Shown: positions 1 to 9,899, counted from the first letter of the stretch. The stretch is 38,048 nt of DNA from an uncultured Geobacteraceae bacterium (GCA_964643645.1 CAZXTZ010000001.1:1-38048); one strand, 5' to 3'. The notes: generated by a model from the sequence alone, not told the origin. Translations and numbers: made by a program.

Positions 1-1958
1 ACCTTGAGAGCTGTTTCCAGCATGGCAATTGCCTCTTTCTTCTGTCCGCTTCCCTGACGCGCCTGAGCTCCTACATAGTACGCATCTGCAAGGAACGGTG
101 GCGTAACCTTCTGGTTCGCTCCAACTTTAATGGATGCCAGATAAAGATCCATAGCAATGGCGGCCTGGGCATAATTCTTCGCTTCGTTTAGCGACGCTCC
201 GAGATAATAGTAGCTTATCGGATATTTTGCCTGCTCGTTTTTGTTAAGCAGCCAACTGATGTTCTTCCGGACATCTTCCATCTCTCCGTCGTTGTAATTC
301 AACGCAGCCAGGCGTTCTCTCACGTTCCTTATTGAAGGGTCTGCAGGAAAACGAAGCACGAATGCGCGTAGCATCTTCTTTGCCATCACACTGTCCCCAA
401 GCAACTCTGCCTGATCCGCAATATTGAGATAAAGGTAGGAAGAGTTGGATTCGCCTATCCAGGGACGGTCAAGAAGTCCGGAGAATAGAACTATAAGGTC
501 AAGTGGACGGCCAGCCTTTTCAAAAGCTGATGAAAGGGCCTGTAGAAACCCCTGTACCTTGACAACCCTCGCAAGGTATTCCTGATTGTCGGTTGCCAGT
601 TTGACAAGATCCGCAGGATTCTTTTCCCAGCCCCCTTTCAGGTAGACAAGCTCCACCAGATCTTCCCGAATGTCGTTAAGCACATTCAGGTAAACTCCTT
701 TGGGAAAGTGCTTCTGATATTTCACAAGATCCGCCAGTGCATCTCCCGGAGGAGCATTTATTGCTGCAAGCAACACCGCCTTGAAACTAGACTCTTCCCT
801 TAAGTCAAAATCTCCGGCTTTTTCAGCGATATCAAGATAGGTTGCTGAAAGAGGCTTATATGTATCAGGAGTCGCCTGAAAGAACTCCCTGTCGGCCAGC
901 CTCATTCTGGCGATCTGATTGGCCTTGTTGTTTTTGAACTCATCAGTGATGGTTTTATATATTGCAAGTGCGCCCTGTTCATTACCCCGTCTTGCAAGGG
1001 TGTCAGCCATCCTTACAAGCAGAATCGGAGCATATTTTTTGTCGGCGTTTGCCACAATTAGGCGGGAAAGGAGCTGTCGGCCTCCAGGCAGATCCCCGTT
1101 GCGGGCAATACTGTCACCATAGTAGAACATTGAGGCAGGATTCAATGCCAGAAAACCTGGCCAAAGCTGCTCTGCCTCCCTGAATGATGCAAGAGCCAGG
1201 CTGTATTTCTGCAAACGGTATTGGGTCTCTGCAAGACGATAAAGCGCCAGTGGCCTTATCGGACTGGCGACCTTTGCCGCAAACTGCGCAAACACCTCTT
1301 CCGCCTGTGTAATACGGCCTTTATAAAGGGCTCCTTCGGCTGCCAGAAAAAGCTTTTGTTCCTCATCGGTCAAAATGGCCTTCAAAGACTGTCTGTCCGT
1401 AGGAATGAAAGGTATTTCAGGTTTTATTGGCGGATCAAAGTCACGGATGAGCTTCTCTGCTCCACTTACAATCCTTTCTCTGCCAGGGCGCAGATTTTTT
1501 ACAGAGCTTGCTGCAAATAACGGCCCCACATCAAGACTTAATGCCGGCATCCCTGAGAGATGAAGATCACGCCAACCAACAGATCCTGAGGAGATCTGAA
1601 AAGTGACTGTCAGATTTTTGCCACGCTGTGACAGCAACAATCCTCCTATGTTCTTGTCAGAATAGCGCCTGAGCTTCTTAAATAAAGAGCCATCAGTGTT
1701 TTTCAGGCTGACCCGGAGCCTTTTTCCTGGAAGTTGAATTACGGAGTAATCCGGCTCACTGCTTAGCTTCATTGTTACACGTGTATAGTTCTGTTTTTGC
1801 AGCAGATCAATCCGTTGAAGGTGGTTAGGAACTGAGGAATAGACAGGTATTGGAGCAAAACATACAATAAAGAATACAGCAGAGGCGATTATGCTGCCGC
1901 ATAAAGCCTTAAGAGAAGAGCTTGATTGAGCATCAGTCAGGATGAGGGTATTCTGCAC
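1..1958 (-). CDS. Exported TPR-repeat protein, 3' end runs off the window (partial)
   Basis: Absent from the ORF track because no stop falls in the window. Manual translation from GTG at 1958 gives MQNTLILTDAQSSSSLKALCGSIIASAVFFIVCFAPIPVYSSVPNHLQRID...; the same frame reads ...AIAMLETALK at the window edge. It has a hydrophobic N-terminus and helical TPR-like segments (EGALYKGRITQAEEVF). The start codon is uncertain. Confidence 0.75.
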   Translation of the reverse strand, partial: MQNTLILTDAQSSSSLKALCGSIIASAVFFIVCFAPIPVYSSVPNHLQRIDLLQKQNYTRVTMKLSSEPDYSVIQLPGKRLRVSLKNTDGSLFKKLRRYSDKNIGGLLLSQRGKNLTVTFQISSGSVGWRDLHLSGMPALSLDVGPLFAASSVKNLRPGRERIVSGAEKLIRDFDPPIKPEIPFIPTDRQSLKAILTDEEQKLFLAAEGALYKGRITQAEEVFAQFAAKVASPIRPLALYRLAETQYRLQKYSLALASFREAEQLWPGFLALNPASMFYYGDSIARNGDLPGGRQLLSRLIVANADKKYAPILLVRMADTLARRGNEQGALAIYKTITDEFKNNKANQIARMRLADREFFQATPDTYKPLSATYLDIAEKAGDFDLREESSFKAVLLAAINAPPGDALADLVKYQKHFPKGVYLNVLNDIREDLVELVYLKGGWEKNPADLVKLATDNQEYLARVVKVQGFLQALSSAFEKAGRPLDLIVLFSGLLDRPWIGESNSSYLYLNIADQAELLGDSVMAKKMLRAFVLRFPADPSIRNVRERLAALNYNDGEMEDVRKNISWLLNKNEQAKYPISYYYLGASLNEAKNYAQAAIAMDLYLASIKVGANQKVTPPFLADAYYVGAQARQGSGQKKEAIAMLETALK

Positions 1959-3055
1959 AGTCGTTTAACCTTTGAGGCGATTTCATCCGGATCGCATGGT
2001 TTGATTACAATTTCGCGCGCGCCATACTTGAGCGCTTTCAGAACTGCGGTTCTCGTCCATCGGTGGGCACACATCATAACAGGGACGGGCTGGTCCTGCC
2101 TCAATGCATTTATCTTTATACAGATGGCAAGCTCCCGGTCATCTGCGTCCTGGGACCCTATAATAACCATCTTGACATTGCCCTGTGCAAAAAAATCCTT
2201 TACATCCGAGTTGAGGGGCCCCTCAACTATCTTGTATCCTGTAAATCCAAGGGCCTCCTTCATATTGGCCCTGTCGTCACTATCATCTTCAAATATTGCA
2301 ACCATATCCTCGCCGGACATTCCGGCAATTCCGGAAACCCTTGACTTGGCTGAATCTTCTGGTGGAGTTTTTAAAGCAGCTGCTGTAGTGGCAGTGGAGT
2401 CGGGCTGAGCGGAAGAGTGCTCAGCGGAGTCAGCCGGAGTTTCAGCAACCTCTACAGTGGCTTCAACGGGAGTTTCGGGCTGGGGATCATAAAGATTTGC
2501 AAGTGACAAGGGGATCAGAACATCTAGATGATGCATTTCCTGACCGTCCATATCAAGCCGTGCCCTGAACATAAGATAGTCACCGTCAGGCAACGGCTCC
2601 TCTTCTGAAATAGGATCTATTTCAGGCACATACTTTTTTGCCCCCAGCTGCTTGAGGTGGGCTTTGCCCGTAAGTGATGCCTGAAATGTGGTGTTGATGG
2701 CCCCATTTATCATGTTGCCTATCTCACCAAAGGCATCAACGTCATCAGTCTCAATAATGGAAAGGCGACGTTTTTCCTGAATCCTGGGAGCCGGTATGCC
2801 AAGCAGGAGACTGCTCATGAGAATTGCATCCCGAAGATTGAACACCAGATAGAACTGGCCGGGATACTCTTCCCGTGACTCAATTGACATGGCAAATACA
2901 CCATCGTCGAGGTCACCAAAATAAGCTGTTTTTGTAAAGGTGAGTGCGTCTGTAAGGGTAACAGAGAGAGACTGTCCCAACAGCATACCGGCTTCTTCGC
3001 CGGCCTGCCGCAAGGCACTTTCAAGCATTTCGTAAAGCTTTACATATCCTTCCAT
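1937..3055 (-). CDS. CheC/CheX-like domain fused to an atypical (pseudo-)receiver domain
   Basis: N-terminal CheC-family motif DAFGEIGNMING, a low-complexity linker, then a receiver fold (VAIFEDD...GAREIVIKP) with Gly at the phospho-Asp position (KMVIIG). Confidence 0.8.
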   Translation of the reverse strand: MEGYVKLYEMLESALRQAGEEAGMLLGQSLSVTLTDALTFTKTAYFGDLDDGVFAMSIESREEYPGQFYLVFNLRDAILMSSLLLGIPAPRIQEKRRLSIIETDDVDAFGEIGNMINGAINTTFQASLTGKAHLKQLGAKKYVPEIDPISEEEPLPDGDYLMFRARLDMDGQEMHHLDVLIPLSLANLYDPQPETPVEATVEVAETPADSAEHSSAQPDSTATTAAALKTPPEDSAKSRVSGIAGMSGEDMVAIFEDDSDDRANMKEALGFTGYKIVEGPLNSDVKDFFAQGNVKMVIIGSQDADDRELAICIKINALRQDQPVPVMMCAHRWTRTAVLKALKYGAREIVIKPCDPDEIASKVKRLCRIPSS

Positions 3056-3086
3056 CGGGGCTCACGGGACGGTAACGGGAGAATGT

Positions 3087-3111
3087 CCCGGACGCCACCA
3101 TGGCGTCCGGG
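3087..3111. other. GC-rich intergenic hairpin with no U-tract
   Basis: CCCGGACGCCA-cca-TGGCGTCCGGG, a perfect 11-bp stem between cheX and the downstream gene. Confidence 0.6.
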
Positions 3112-3133
3112 TACTATCTTGTTAATCGGGGGA

Positions 3134-3652
3134 TTATTCTTCTTTCTTGAGGGTAAGGCCCACCAGAAAACGCTCGCCGTCATCTACATTGAAAGGAATA
3201 ACAACACAGTCAATGTCAGAAAGGGAGTTCACGGTATAGTCCTCACCGGCGATTACGGTTGGAATGGACATTTTAACATCCAGTCCACCCTTGCTGAGTA
3301 TCATCTTGACACTACCGCCCAGCATATTGGCTATCTCGCCAATGGCATCGTTCAGATCCTCGCCGCCCTCCTCAATCTCAGACTCTTCCATGCCAAGCAT
3401 AGCTCCTGTAACCTTCTTGGCAAGATGCATCGGGCAGTGCATTGAGATTACACCTGAATATGTGCCGGCAAAACCGACCATGCCGGTTATACTGCACCTG
3501 AAATGGGTAATTGGTTCCTTGAGAGGAAAGTCGTCAGCAGGCTCCATCATTACCATAGTGGAAAAGACTTCTCTTGTTGCATTTATAATGTACTCGGAAA
3601 GCTGTTCCTCAGAAAACTTGAGGCTACCTGCTATGTCTGCGTTAAGGCTCAT
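3134..3652 (-). CDS. cheX: Chemotaxis phosphatase CheX
   Basis: 172 aa with ITGMVGFAG, the DAIGEIANMLGG (ExxN) motif and SIPTVI. 4-bp overlap with cheY. Confidence 0.9.
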   Translation of the reverse strand: MSLNADIAGSLKFSEEQLSEYIINATREVFSTMVMMEPADDFPLKEPITHFRCSITGMVGFAGTYSGVISMHCPMHLAKKVTGAMLGMEESEIEEGGEDLNDAIGEIANMLGGSVKMILSKGGLDVKMSIPTVIAGEDYTVNSLSDIDCVVIPFNVDDGERFLVGLTLKKEE

Positions 3653-4017
3653 AAAAGCCCCCCAAGCTTTTCATTTAGCTGCTCCGGAGTGAAAGGTTTC
3701 TTTATGCTGTCCTTTGCTCCGCTAGAAATAGCTTCCGCAATTACATCCTCACCACCCTCCGTGGTTATCATAACTATAGGCATATTATAGCCGCTACCCC
3801 TTACAGCCTTGAGAAATTCAAGACCGTCCATATTAGGCATGTTAATATCAGAGAGTATCAGATTAACTGTCTTGCCGGAAGTCTGAAGCACATTAATACC
3901 TTCAATGCCGTCGCCAGCCTCAAGGATATCATCCACCGGCAGGCCTGCCTGCCGGAGTGAGCGGGAGATAATCTTGCGCATGGTCGAGGAATCATCAACA
4001 ATCAGAATATTTGCCAT
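3649..4017 (-). CDS. cheY: Single-domain response regulator CheY
   Basis: 122 aa with ILIVDD, LILSDINMPNMDG, ITTE and KKPF. AAGGAGG RBS upstream. Confidence 0.9.
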   Translation of the reverse strand: MANILIVDDSSTMRKIISRSLRQAGLPVDDILEAGDGIEGINVLQTSGKTVNLILSDINMPNMDGLEFLKAVRGSGYNMPIVMITTEGGEDVIAEAISSGAKDSIKKPFTPEQLNEKLGGLL

Positions 4018-4108
4018 AAATAGCCTCCTTGATAATCAAGTCCGTTCCGGACGATTTTGTATTATACAACAGATTTTGTATTCCTCTTTAACATAGTCCA
4101 GGGATAAT

Positions 4109-5722
4109 TCATATCTTGAATTTGGCCATCTGCTGCTGCATCTCTTCTGCAAGCCTTGCCATCTCCGAAGCAGATTCAGTGGATTCAGCAGCTTTTGACG
4201 AGCTAACCTGAACATCGTCAGTAATCTTGCGTATACACTGGCTTATATTATTTGTAGTTGCGCTCTGTTCCTCTGCGGCAACAGCAATCTGGCCCATCTG
4301 CTGGGTAAGTACCTGTATGCCCCCGGTAATACGGGAAAGGGCTTCAGCTGACCTTCCAGCCTCTCTTGTGCCTGCCTCAACCTCCCTCACACCGTTTTCC
4401 ATTGAGTGAACAGCATTGGATGTCTCTTGCTGAATCATCTTTATGACTGAGCCTATCTCCTTCGTCGCCCTTGTAGTTCGCTCGGAAAGCGCTCTTACCT
4501 CATCAGCAACCACAGCGAAACCCCTGCCCATCTCACCCGCCCTTGCAGCTTCAATTGCCGCATTCAGGGCAAGCATATTAGTCTGGTCTGCAATATCTTC
4601 AATGGTTTTTACAATATCTCCTATCTGACTTGACTTCGCGCCAAGGGTTTCAACATTTTCAGCTGCCTCGCCAACACGAAGCGAAATCCTCTCCATACCA
4701 GCTATGGTCTCCTGTATAACCTGCGATCCCGTCTCAGTCGCTTTGTCTGCCTCGCTTGCACTTTCTGCCGACATTGTACAGGAACTTGCTATCTCAAATG
4801 CCGTCGCAGACATCTGCTCCGATGCAACCGAGACAGAAGCGGCCTGAGCTGCAACATTTTCAGAACTCTGCATAAGCTCGGCAGAATTTTGCTGAACCTT
4901 CTCCGCCGCATTGGCAACCTGGGATGCGCTTACGGCCACCTGTGAAATGACGCTGACAAGCTTGTCCACAAAAACATTGAACCAATGGGCTGTCTCGCCA
5001 ATCTCGTCGTTATTGCGTACATAAATACGCTTTGTAAGGTCACCGTCTCCTGTTGCAATATCCTTGAGGCGCTCGGACATTGCTGATATCGACTTCAGTA
5101 CAGGAAGAACTATAAACAACAACATGGCAGCCTGACCAATTGAAGCGCCTATAAGCACTGCAAGCATAACAATGCGGGCCATTGACATGGTATTGTCAAG
5201 GTCCGAATTGGCAGCCTTGTACTGTGTTGCCACAATCTTGGGTATGTAATCCTCCAGAAGGGGCTGGAAGTCATTTATAACATCCCTCAGTTCCTCACGT
5301 CCTTCCAGAACATCTCCACCGCTTTTGGCTGTTTCAACAAGTGACTTAAACTGGTCAACATACTGCTTGCCAAGGCTTCTGGCCTTTTTGCTGTGCTCTT
5401 TTATCTTCTGGTCCGTAGTAGCCTTGTCAATATCATCGAGAGACTTGTTGACAAGTTCAACCTGCTTTTCAACCCTGGCGCTCCACTTGTCATCCTTGCG
5501 GGTAAAAAATTCGGACTCATATTCACGGGCCTTCAGCATTGCCAGTTGCCCCTTGTAGGCGCTATGCTGAACGGAATCAATACGCTCCATGTTACTCATT
5601 GATTCGTTTATTTTTGAAAAGGTAAACAGGACAATAACGGAAACCAGAACCGCCACTCCAAGCAAAAAGACAATCAGCGCCATCACCTTATGCCTGATAG
5701 TAAACCCCTTTGTTTCTGCCAT
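4109..5722 (-). CDS. Methyl-accepting chemotaxis protein (TM-periplasmic sensor-TM-HAMP-signalling domain)
   Basis: Two TM segments, HAMP (GDLTKRI...DEIG) and hairpin tip [43 protein letters not shown]. Confidence 0.95.
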   Translation of the reverse strand: MAETKGFTIRHKVMALIVFLLGVAVLVSVIVLFTFSKINESMSNMERIDSVQHSAYKGQLAMLKAREYESEFFTRKDDKWSARVEKQVELVNKSLDDIDKATTDQKIKEHSKKARSLGKQYVDQFKSLVETAKSGGDVLEGREELRDVINDFQPLLEDYIPKIVATQYKAANSDLDNTMSMARIVMLAVLIGASIGQAAMLLFIVLPVLKSISAMSERLKDIATGDGDLTKRIYVRNNDEIGETAHWFNVFVDKLVSVISQVAVSASQVANAAEKVQQNSAELMQSSENVAAQAASVSVASEQMSATAFEIASSCTMSAESASEADKATETGSQVIQETIAGMERISLRVGEAAENVETLGAKSSQIGDIVKTIEDIADQTNMLALNAAIEAARAGEMGRGFAVVADEVRALSERTTRATKEIGSVIKMIQQETSNAVHSMENGVREVEAGTREAGRSAEALSRITGGIQVLTQQMGQIAVAAEEQSATTNNISQCIRKITDDVQVSSSKAAESTESASEMARLAEEMQQQMAKFKI

Positions 5723-5931
5723 TTATATTCCTCCTGAATCTGGTTAAAAAGTCTCCGGACAGCCTCTTCTTTAGAAATGGACTTTGAAAGAATCTGTAAG
5801 CTTCTAATCTCTAGGTAACATAATTATTGCGCCTGTTCAACTTAACTGTATAGAAAAACTTAATCTTGCACTGAATGTGAATAAATGGGCCACTCCGGAC
5901 ATCAAAATAAACACATCAGAACAGATGTTAT

Positions 5932-7341
5932 TCAAGATAAGACAGCAAGCTGACTGCCCGCCCTCAGAAGGGATTCTACCATCTGCATTTCCGATGCCTC
6001 ACTGTAAAGCCTCAATACAGGTTCGGTTCCGGAAGGCCTTACAAGCAGCCAGTCTCCATTATCGAAAATAAATTTGAATCCATCGCTGAAGTTGGTTGCA
6101 GCAACCGTTCTCCCCGCGATAACTGCAGGGGCTGACTTATTGAGAAATTCCAGGAGAGAGGACTTCTCATCCTGTCCGATCTGTTTGTCAATTCTGCGAT
6201 AATAATGATGCCCGGACTCTGCCATTATCTCTTCAAGCTGTTCCTTCAGGCCTTTACCGGTCCATGCAATGGTCTCCAGAAGCAGAAGCCCCATAAGCAC
6301 TCCGTCTCTCTCCGGAATATGACCGGCAATACCAAGACCACCCGACTCTTCACCCCCCATAAGCACCTGACGTTCAAGCATTATCTCACATATATGCTTG
6401 AATCCTATTGGTGTTTCCATAAGAGGCATTCCATATTTTTCTGCAAGACAATCAACAAGCCTTGTTGTTGAAACGGTCTTTACAATGGTCCCGCTCAACC
6501 TTTTACGTTCTGCAAGATGCTTCAAAATAACTGCAAATATGGCATGGGATGAAAAAAAATCACCATTTTCATCCACAGCCCCTATCCTGTCTGCATCGCC
6601 ATCAAGTGCAAGGCCGACACGATAGCGACCTGAAGCAATCAGCGCTCTCAATTCTTCAAGATTTTCAGATATGGGTTCAGGTGGCCGGCCTCCAAAACCG
6701 GGATTGATCTCAGAATGGATCTCGTCAATACCGAGTATACGCTTAAAGTAGCCGCTTCCTGCCCCATACATAGGATCAGCCACAGCAAAAACACCTGAAT
6801 TTCTTATCTTTTCTATATCAACCAGATGTCCCATCTGACGCAGGTATCCGACCTCAGCGTCAAAACTTTCAATGAGCCCCATCCTGGTTCCATCATCAAA
6901 GGGGACAGAACGAACAGAACGGGAGTTATCTTTGTTGTATTGGACAATCTGCTCAAGTAGCGATGTTGTAGCCGGCCTTGCAGATCCTCCAAAGTTTTCC
7001 TTTATCTTGAAACCGTTATAAACAGGTGGGTTATGGCTAGCTGTAATCATGACACCGGCACCGGCACCATTTTCCTTGACAGCCCATGAAACCGCCGGTG
7101 TCGGCACAACTGTATCGCAAAAAAGAACCCTTACATCGTTTCCTGCTGCTATTTCAGCAACCCTGGCTGCAAACTCCCTCGAAAGGAATCTTCTGTCGTA
7201 TCCTATCACAAGGCCCGCGTCAGCAAGACCTTCACGACTCATCCAGTCCATTGTTGCCTGGGCGACAAGTGAAAGGTTGTCAAATGTAAATTCTCTGGCT
7301 ATAACCCCACGCCATCCATCAGTTCCAAACCTTATCTGCAT
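5932..7341 (-). CDS. Phosphoglucomutase/phosphomannomutase family protein
   Basis: FGTDGWRG, TASHNP, DGDADR, GEESGG and RPSGTEP motifs. Confidence 0.95.
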   Translation of the reverse strand: MQIRFGTDGWRGVIAREFTFDNLSLVAQATMDWMSREGLADAGLVIGYDRRFLSREFAARVAEIAAGNDVRVLFCDTVVPTPAVSWAVKENGAGAGVMITASHNPPVYNGFKIKENFGGSARPATTSLLEQIVQYNKDNSRSVRSVPFDDGTRMGLIESFDAEVGYLRQMGHLVDIEKIRNSGVFAVADPMYGAGSGYFKRILGIDEIHSEINPGFGGRPPEPISENLEELRALIASGRYRVGLALDGDADRIGAVDENGDFFSSHAIFAVILKHLAERKRLSGTIVKTVSTTRLVDCLAEKYGMPLMETPIGFKHICEIMLERQVLMGGEESGGLGIAGHIPERDGVLMGLLLLETIAWTGKGLKEQLEEIMAESGHHYYRRIDKQIGQDEKSSLLEFLNKSAPAVIAGRTVAATNFSDGFKFIFDNGDWLLVRPSGTEPVLRLYSEASEMQMVESLLRAGSQLAVLS

Positions 7342-7420
7342 TACTCTTTCTCCATTTGGCAGGGCAATGGTTAGTCAGTAAAACAACAAATTGTGCAGCT
7401 GACCGGCATGCCCGGGATGC

Positions 7421-7699
7421 TTAAGATTTTTTACCTTCCATTTTATAAAGCCATACAAGAAGCTCAGCAACAGCCCTGTAAAGTTCAGCCGGAATATGGT
7501 CATCCAGATCAACCTGCATCAGGAGTGTCACAAGTTCAGGGGATTCATGCACGTATACCCCGGCATCTTTAGCGCAGGCAATTATTGCCTCTGCCATTAC
7601 TCCTCTGCCCTTTGCAACAACTACCGGCGCATAGTGGCCCTGCTTGTAAGAGAGGGCGGCAGCCATCCGCTCATCATTTCTGCGTCGGCTCTCCGCCAT
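7421..7699 (-). CDS. Stand-alone FlhB C-terminal domain protein (EscU/YscU/FlhX/YlqH-like)
   Basis: 92 aa reading AAALSY...APVVVAKGRG...IPAELYRAVAELL. No TM region and no NPTH motif. Confidence 0.88.
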   Translation of the reverse strand: MAESRRRNDERMAAALSYKQGHYAPVVVAKGRGVMAEAIIACAKDAGVYVHESPELVTLLMQVDLDDHIPAELYRAVAELLVWLYKMEGKKS

Positions 7700-9854
7700 A
7701 ATGCACCTCTATTATACCTGGTTCAAGTCCTGCCGCCGTAAATTGTTCGGCCAGCTCTGAACGGCCCTCGGCAAGCAAATCAGCTGTCTGCGAACTACCG
7801 GTTCTAACCCTCGCTTCAACCACAGTCCCTGAAATCTTCAGTGAAGCATCAACCGCACCCAACCCCGGAAGAGATATGGAGAGGGACGTCTCCCAGGGCT
7901 GAGGGGCATCGGAGGCCTCCTCTTCCTTCCTTCTTCTGCCTTCCCGCTCGGCAATCCTCCATTCCATGGGCTGCCCTGGCAGCAGTTCCCCCTGAAAAAG
8001 CAGCTGCCCTGTCTGAAGTGTCGCCAATTGTTCCTTTATTATGGGCAATGCACGCGAATCAGCCTGAAGCTCAGCTTTGGCAGGCATATTTTTGATTGCT
8101 GATTCCGTTACAGAAGGAGAATTTTGACTTTGGGGCTGCTGCTGCAACTGGTTCGGAGGAGAGGAAAGTTTTCCCTGTGGCTCCTTCAGTATGCTCTCAA
8201 GCGGATACTCTCCGCTAAACCATCTGGCAAGATGGGATTCGTAGAAAAGTCCGCTTTCCTTTAAGCCCTTTGCCAGACGTTCTTCAAGGATCCGTGGGTC
8301 GGAAGGAGCCCCCTGAAGTATAGTCTTCAGTATGCCTAAACCCTCAGTAAGGGGAGCCGACTGGTTCTGCATTGAAAGAAGAGTACTTACCCAGCGTCCT
8401 GTCTGGCTTACAATGGCATCTCCACCCTTGCCCTGGCGTACCAGCAGAAAAGATGGTGGATCATTTCCAACAGAAAAAAGGTTGAGGGTGTCGCCAGCCT
8501 TCATCCCCTTGGGCAGAATAAATTCCAGGTTCTGACCTGCTACCTGGACAGTGAAACGCCCGTTACCCATATTTTGCAAAACCTCACCCTTTAGCTGTTC
8601 ACCGGAACGCAACTGAAGGGCCTTCTCAGCCCCCCCCTGTGATTCCAGCAAGGCCAGCCTGTTACCACTCATAAGCCCCTTCAGCAGACTGAGAACATCG
8701 TCGTCAATATCTGCCTTACCGGCTTTTGCCTGACCAGACTCACCCTGCAAAGCCTTTGAGGTGAGCGATGGCAATGCACCGTATATCATTGCTTCATCCA
8801 TTATTGCTGCCAGTGCCGGAGACCCGGGAGGCAGTGAGTTTATTACCTGCTGCAGTCTTGAAATCACCGCTCTCTGGACATCCCCCTGACCCGACTCCGT
8901 TTTTGCAAGTGAACTGAGCCATTTTGCAGTATCGCTTACCGCAGTACCCTGATCAGCCAGCGACGGCATTCCCAGAAGGGCAAAAACTGTCTTTGGCTGC
9001 TGAGAAACCAGCGCAAGACGCAGTATCTCACCCTGCTGAACTGGCCTTGACAGCTGAAGTTCAAGGGTTTCCCCTGCAAGCTGAACGAAAACGCGGCCTC
9101 CAGGCAAGGTACCCTGCACCAGAGCATTCGCCTCATCACCAGGTTTAAGGGGAAGAGACTGCATGGTCTGGTTCGTAACTTCCACAAGGGTGAACTTTGA
9201 CTGTCTTGCAAGGTTTAAGAGAAGCTTTGATGCTGCATCTTCAAATCCGGCTGTTCCCTTACCCAAATAAGCGCCGGTATTTCCGGGCTGCTCTCCGGTG
9301 CCATAGCCTACCTGCTGTTCCGGCTGATCAAGCAATCCGCCGGTTGCCACTACAGCCTGGCGTCCATCCGCTTTATAGGTAAGCACATCGTCAAGAAAAT
9401 TGGCCAGGACACTGACATCTCCCGATGAACGCCTGAGGAGGTCGCCGATATTCTGAAGGGTTGACCTCAACCTTGGATCGAGAACCTGTTCATTCGAGAC
9501 GAGAAGGGAAAGGAGTCGGGATGCATCTGACAGGGTTACCGGGGGCGCGGTAATCCCCGGACGGGACATTGCAAAGGTAGGCCTTGGGTCATCGGAAACA
9601 AAGGTCAACTCAAGATTCTGGCCTGGTCTTACAGTTATTGGTATTTCCAGATTTACCTGCTGGTTGCCTATCCTGACAGGAACCTTGTTACCCTGGGCAG
9701 TTGAAAGCACCTCTGCGGTAACTCTCTGTCCGGGAGCCAGGGAAAGGGCCGATGTCTCTCCTGTTCCCGCTGTATCGGCGGAAACAAAGGAGAGATTGGA
9801 TGCCTTTGAAAGCAGGTCATAGACCTGCTGTTGAACATCTGAAGGTAATGCCAT
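7674..9854 (-). CDS. FliK-like (hook-length control C-terminal domain) protein with a triplicated N-terminal module
   Basis: ESGLFYESHL motif and a C-terminal FliK-type domain (WETSLSISLPGLGAVDASL...LAEQFTAAGL). Overlaps the FlhB-C gene. Confidence 0.8.
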   Translation of the reverse strand: MALPSDVQQQVYDLLSKASNLSFVSADTAGTGETSALSLAPGQRVTAEVLSTAQGNKVPVRIGNQQVNLEIPITVRPGQNLELTFVSDDPRPTFAMSRPGITAPPVTLSDASRLLSLLVSNEQVLDPRLRSTLQNIGDLLRRSSGDVSVLANFLDDVLTYKADGRQAVVATGGLLDQPEQQVGYGTGEQPGNTGAYLGKGTAGFEDAASKLLLNLARQSKFTLVEVTNQTMQSLPLKPGDEANALVQGTLPGGRVFVQLAGETLELQLSRPVQQGEILRLALVSQQPKTVFALLGMPSLADQGTAVSDTAKWLSSLAKTESGQGDVQRAVISRLQQVINSLPPGSPALAAIMDEAMIYGALPSLTSKALQGESGQAKAGKADIDDDVLSLLKGLMSGNRLALLESQGGAEKALQLRSGEQLKGEVLQNMGNGRFTVQVAGQNLEFILPKGMKAGDTLNLFSVGNDPPSFLLVRQGKGGDAIVSQTGRWVSTLLSMQNQSAPLTEGLGILKTILQGAPSDPRILEERLAKGLKESGLFYESHLARWFSGEYPLESILKEPQGKLSSPPNQLQQQPQSQNSPSVTESAIKNMPAKAELQADSRALPIIKEQLATLQTGQLLFQGELLPGQPMEWRIAEREGRRRKEEEASDAPQPWETSLSISLPGLGAVDASLKISGTVVEARVRTGSSQTADLLAEGRSELAEQFTAAGLEPGIIEVHYGGEPTQK

Positions 9855-9861
9855 ATAACTC

Positions 9862-9869
9862 TTATCGGC
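9862..9869 (-). promoter_or_regulatory. Sigma28 (FliA) -10 box upstream of the fliK-like gene
   Basis: Exact GCCGATAA 7 nt before the ATG. The -35 match is poor. Confidence 0.5.
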
Positions 9870-9899
9870 TGCTGCTTATCTGAGGTAAACCCCGATTGT

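Noticed and set aside
5878..5893. Sigma54 promoter upstream of the MCP (TGGCCCATTTATTCAC, minus strand)
   Set aside because: It lacks the essential -12 GC.
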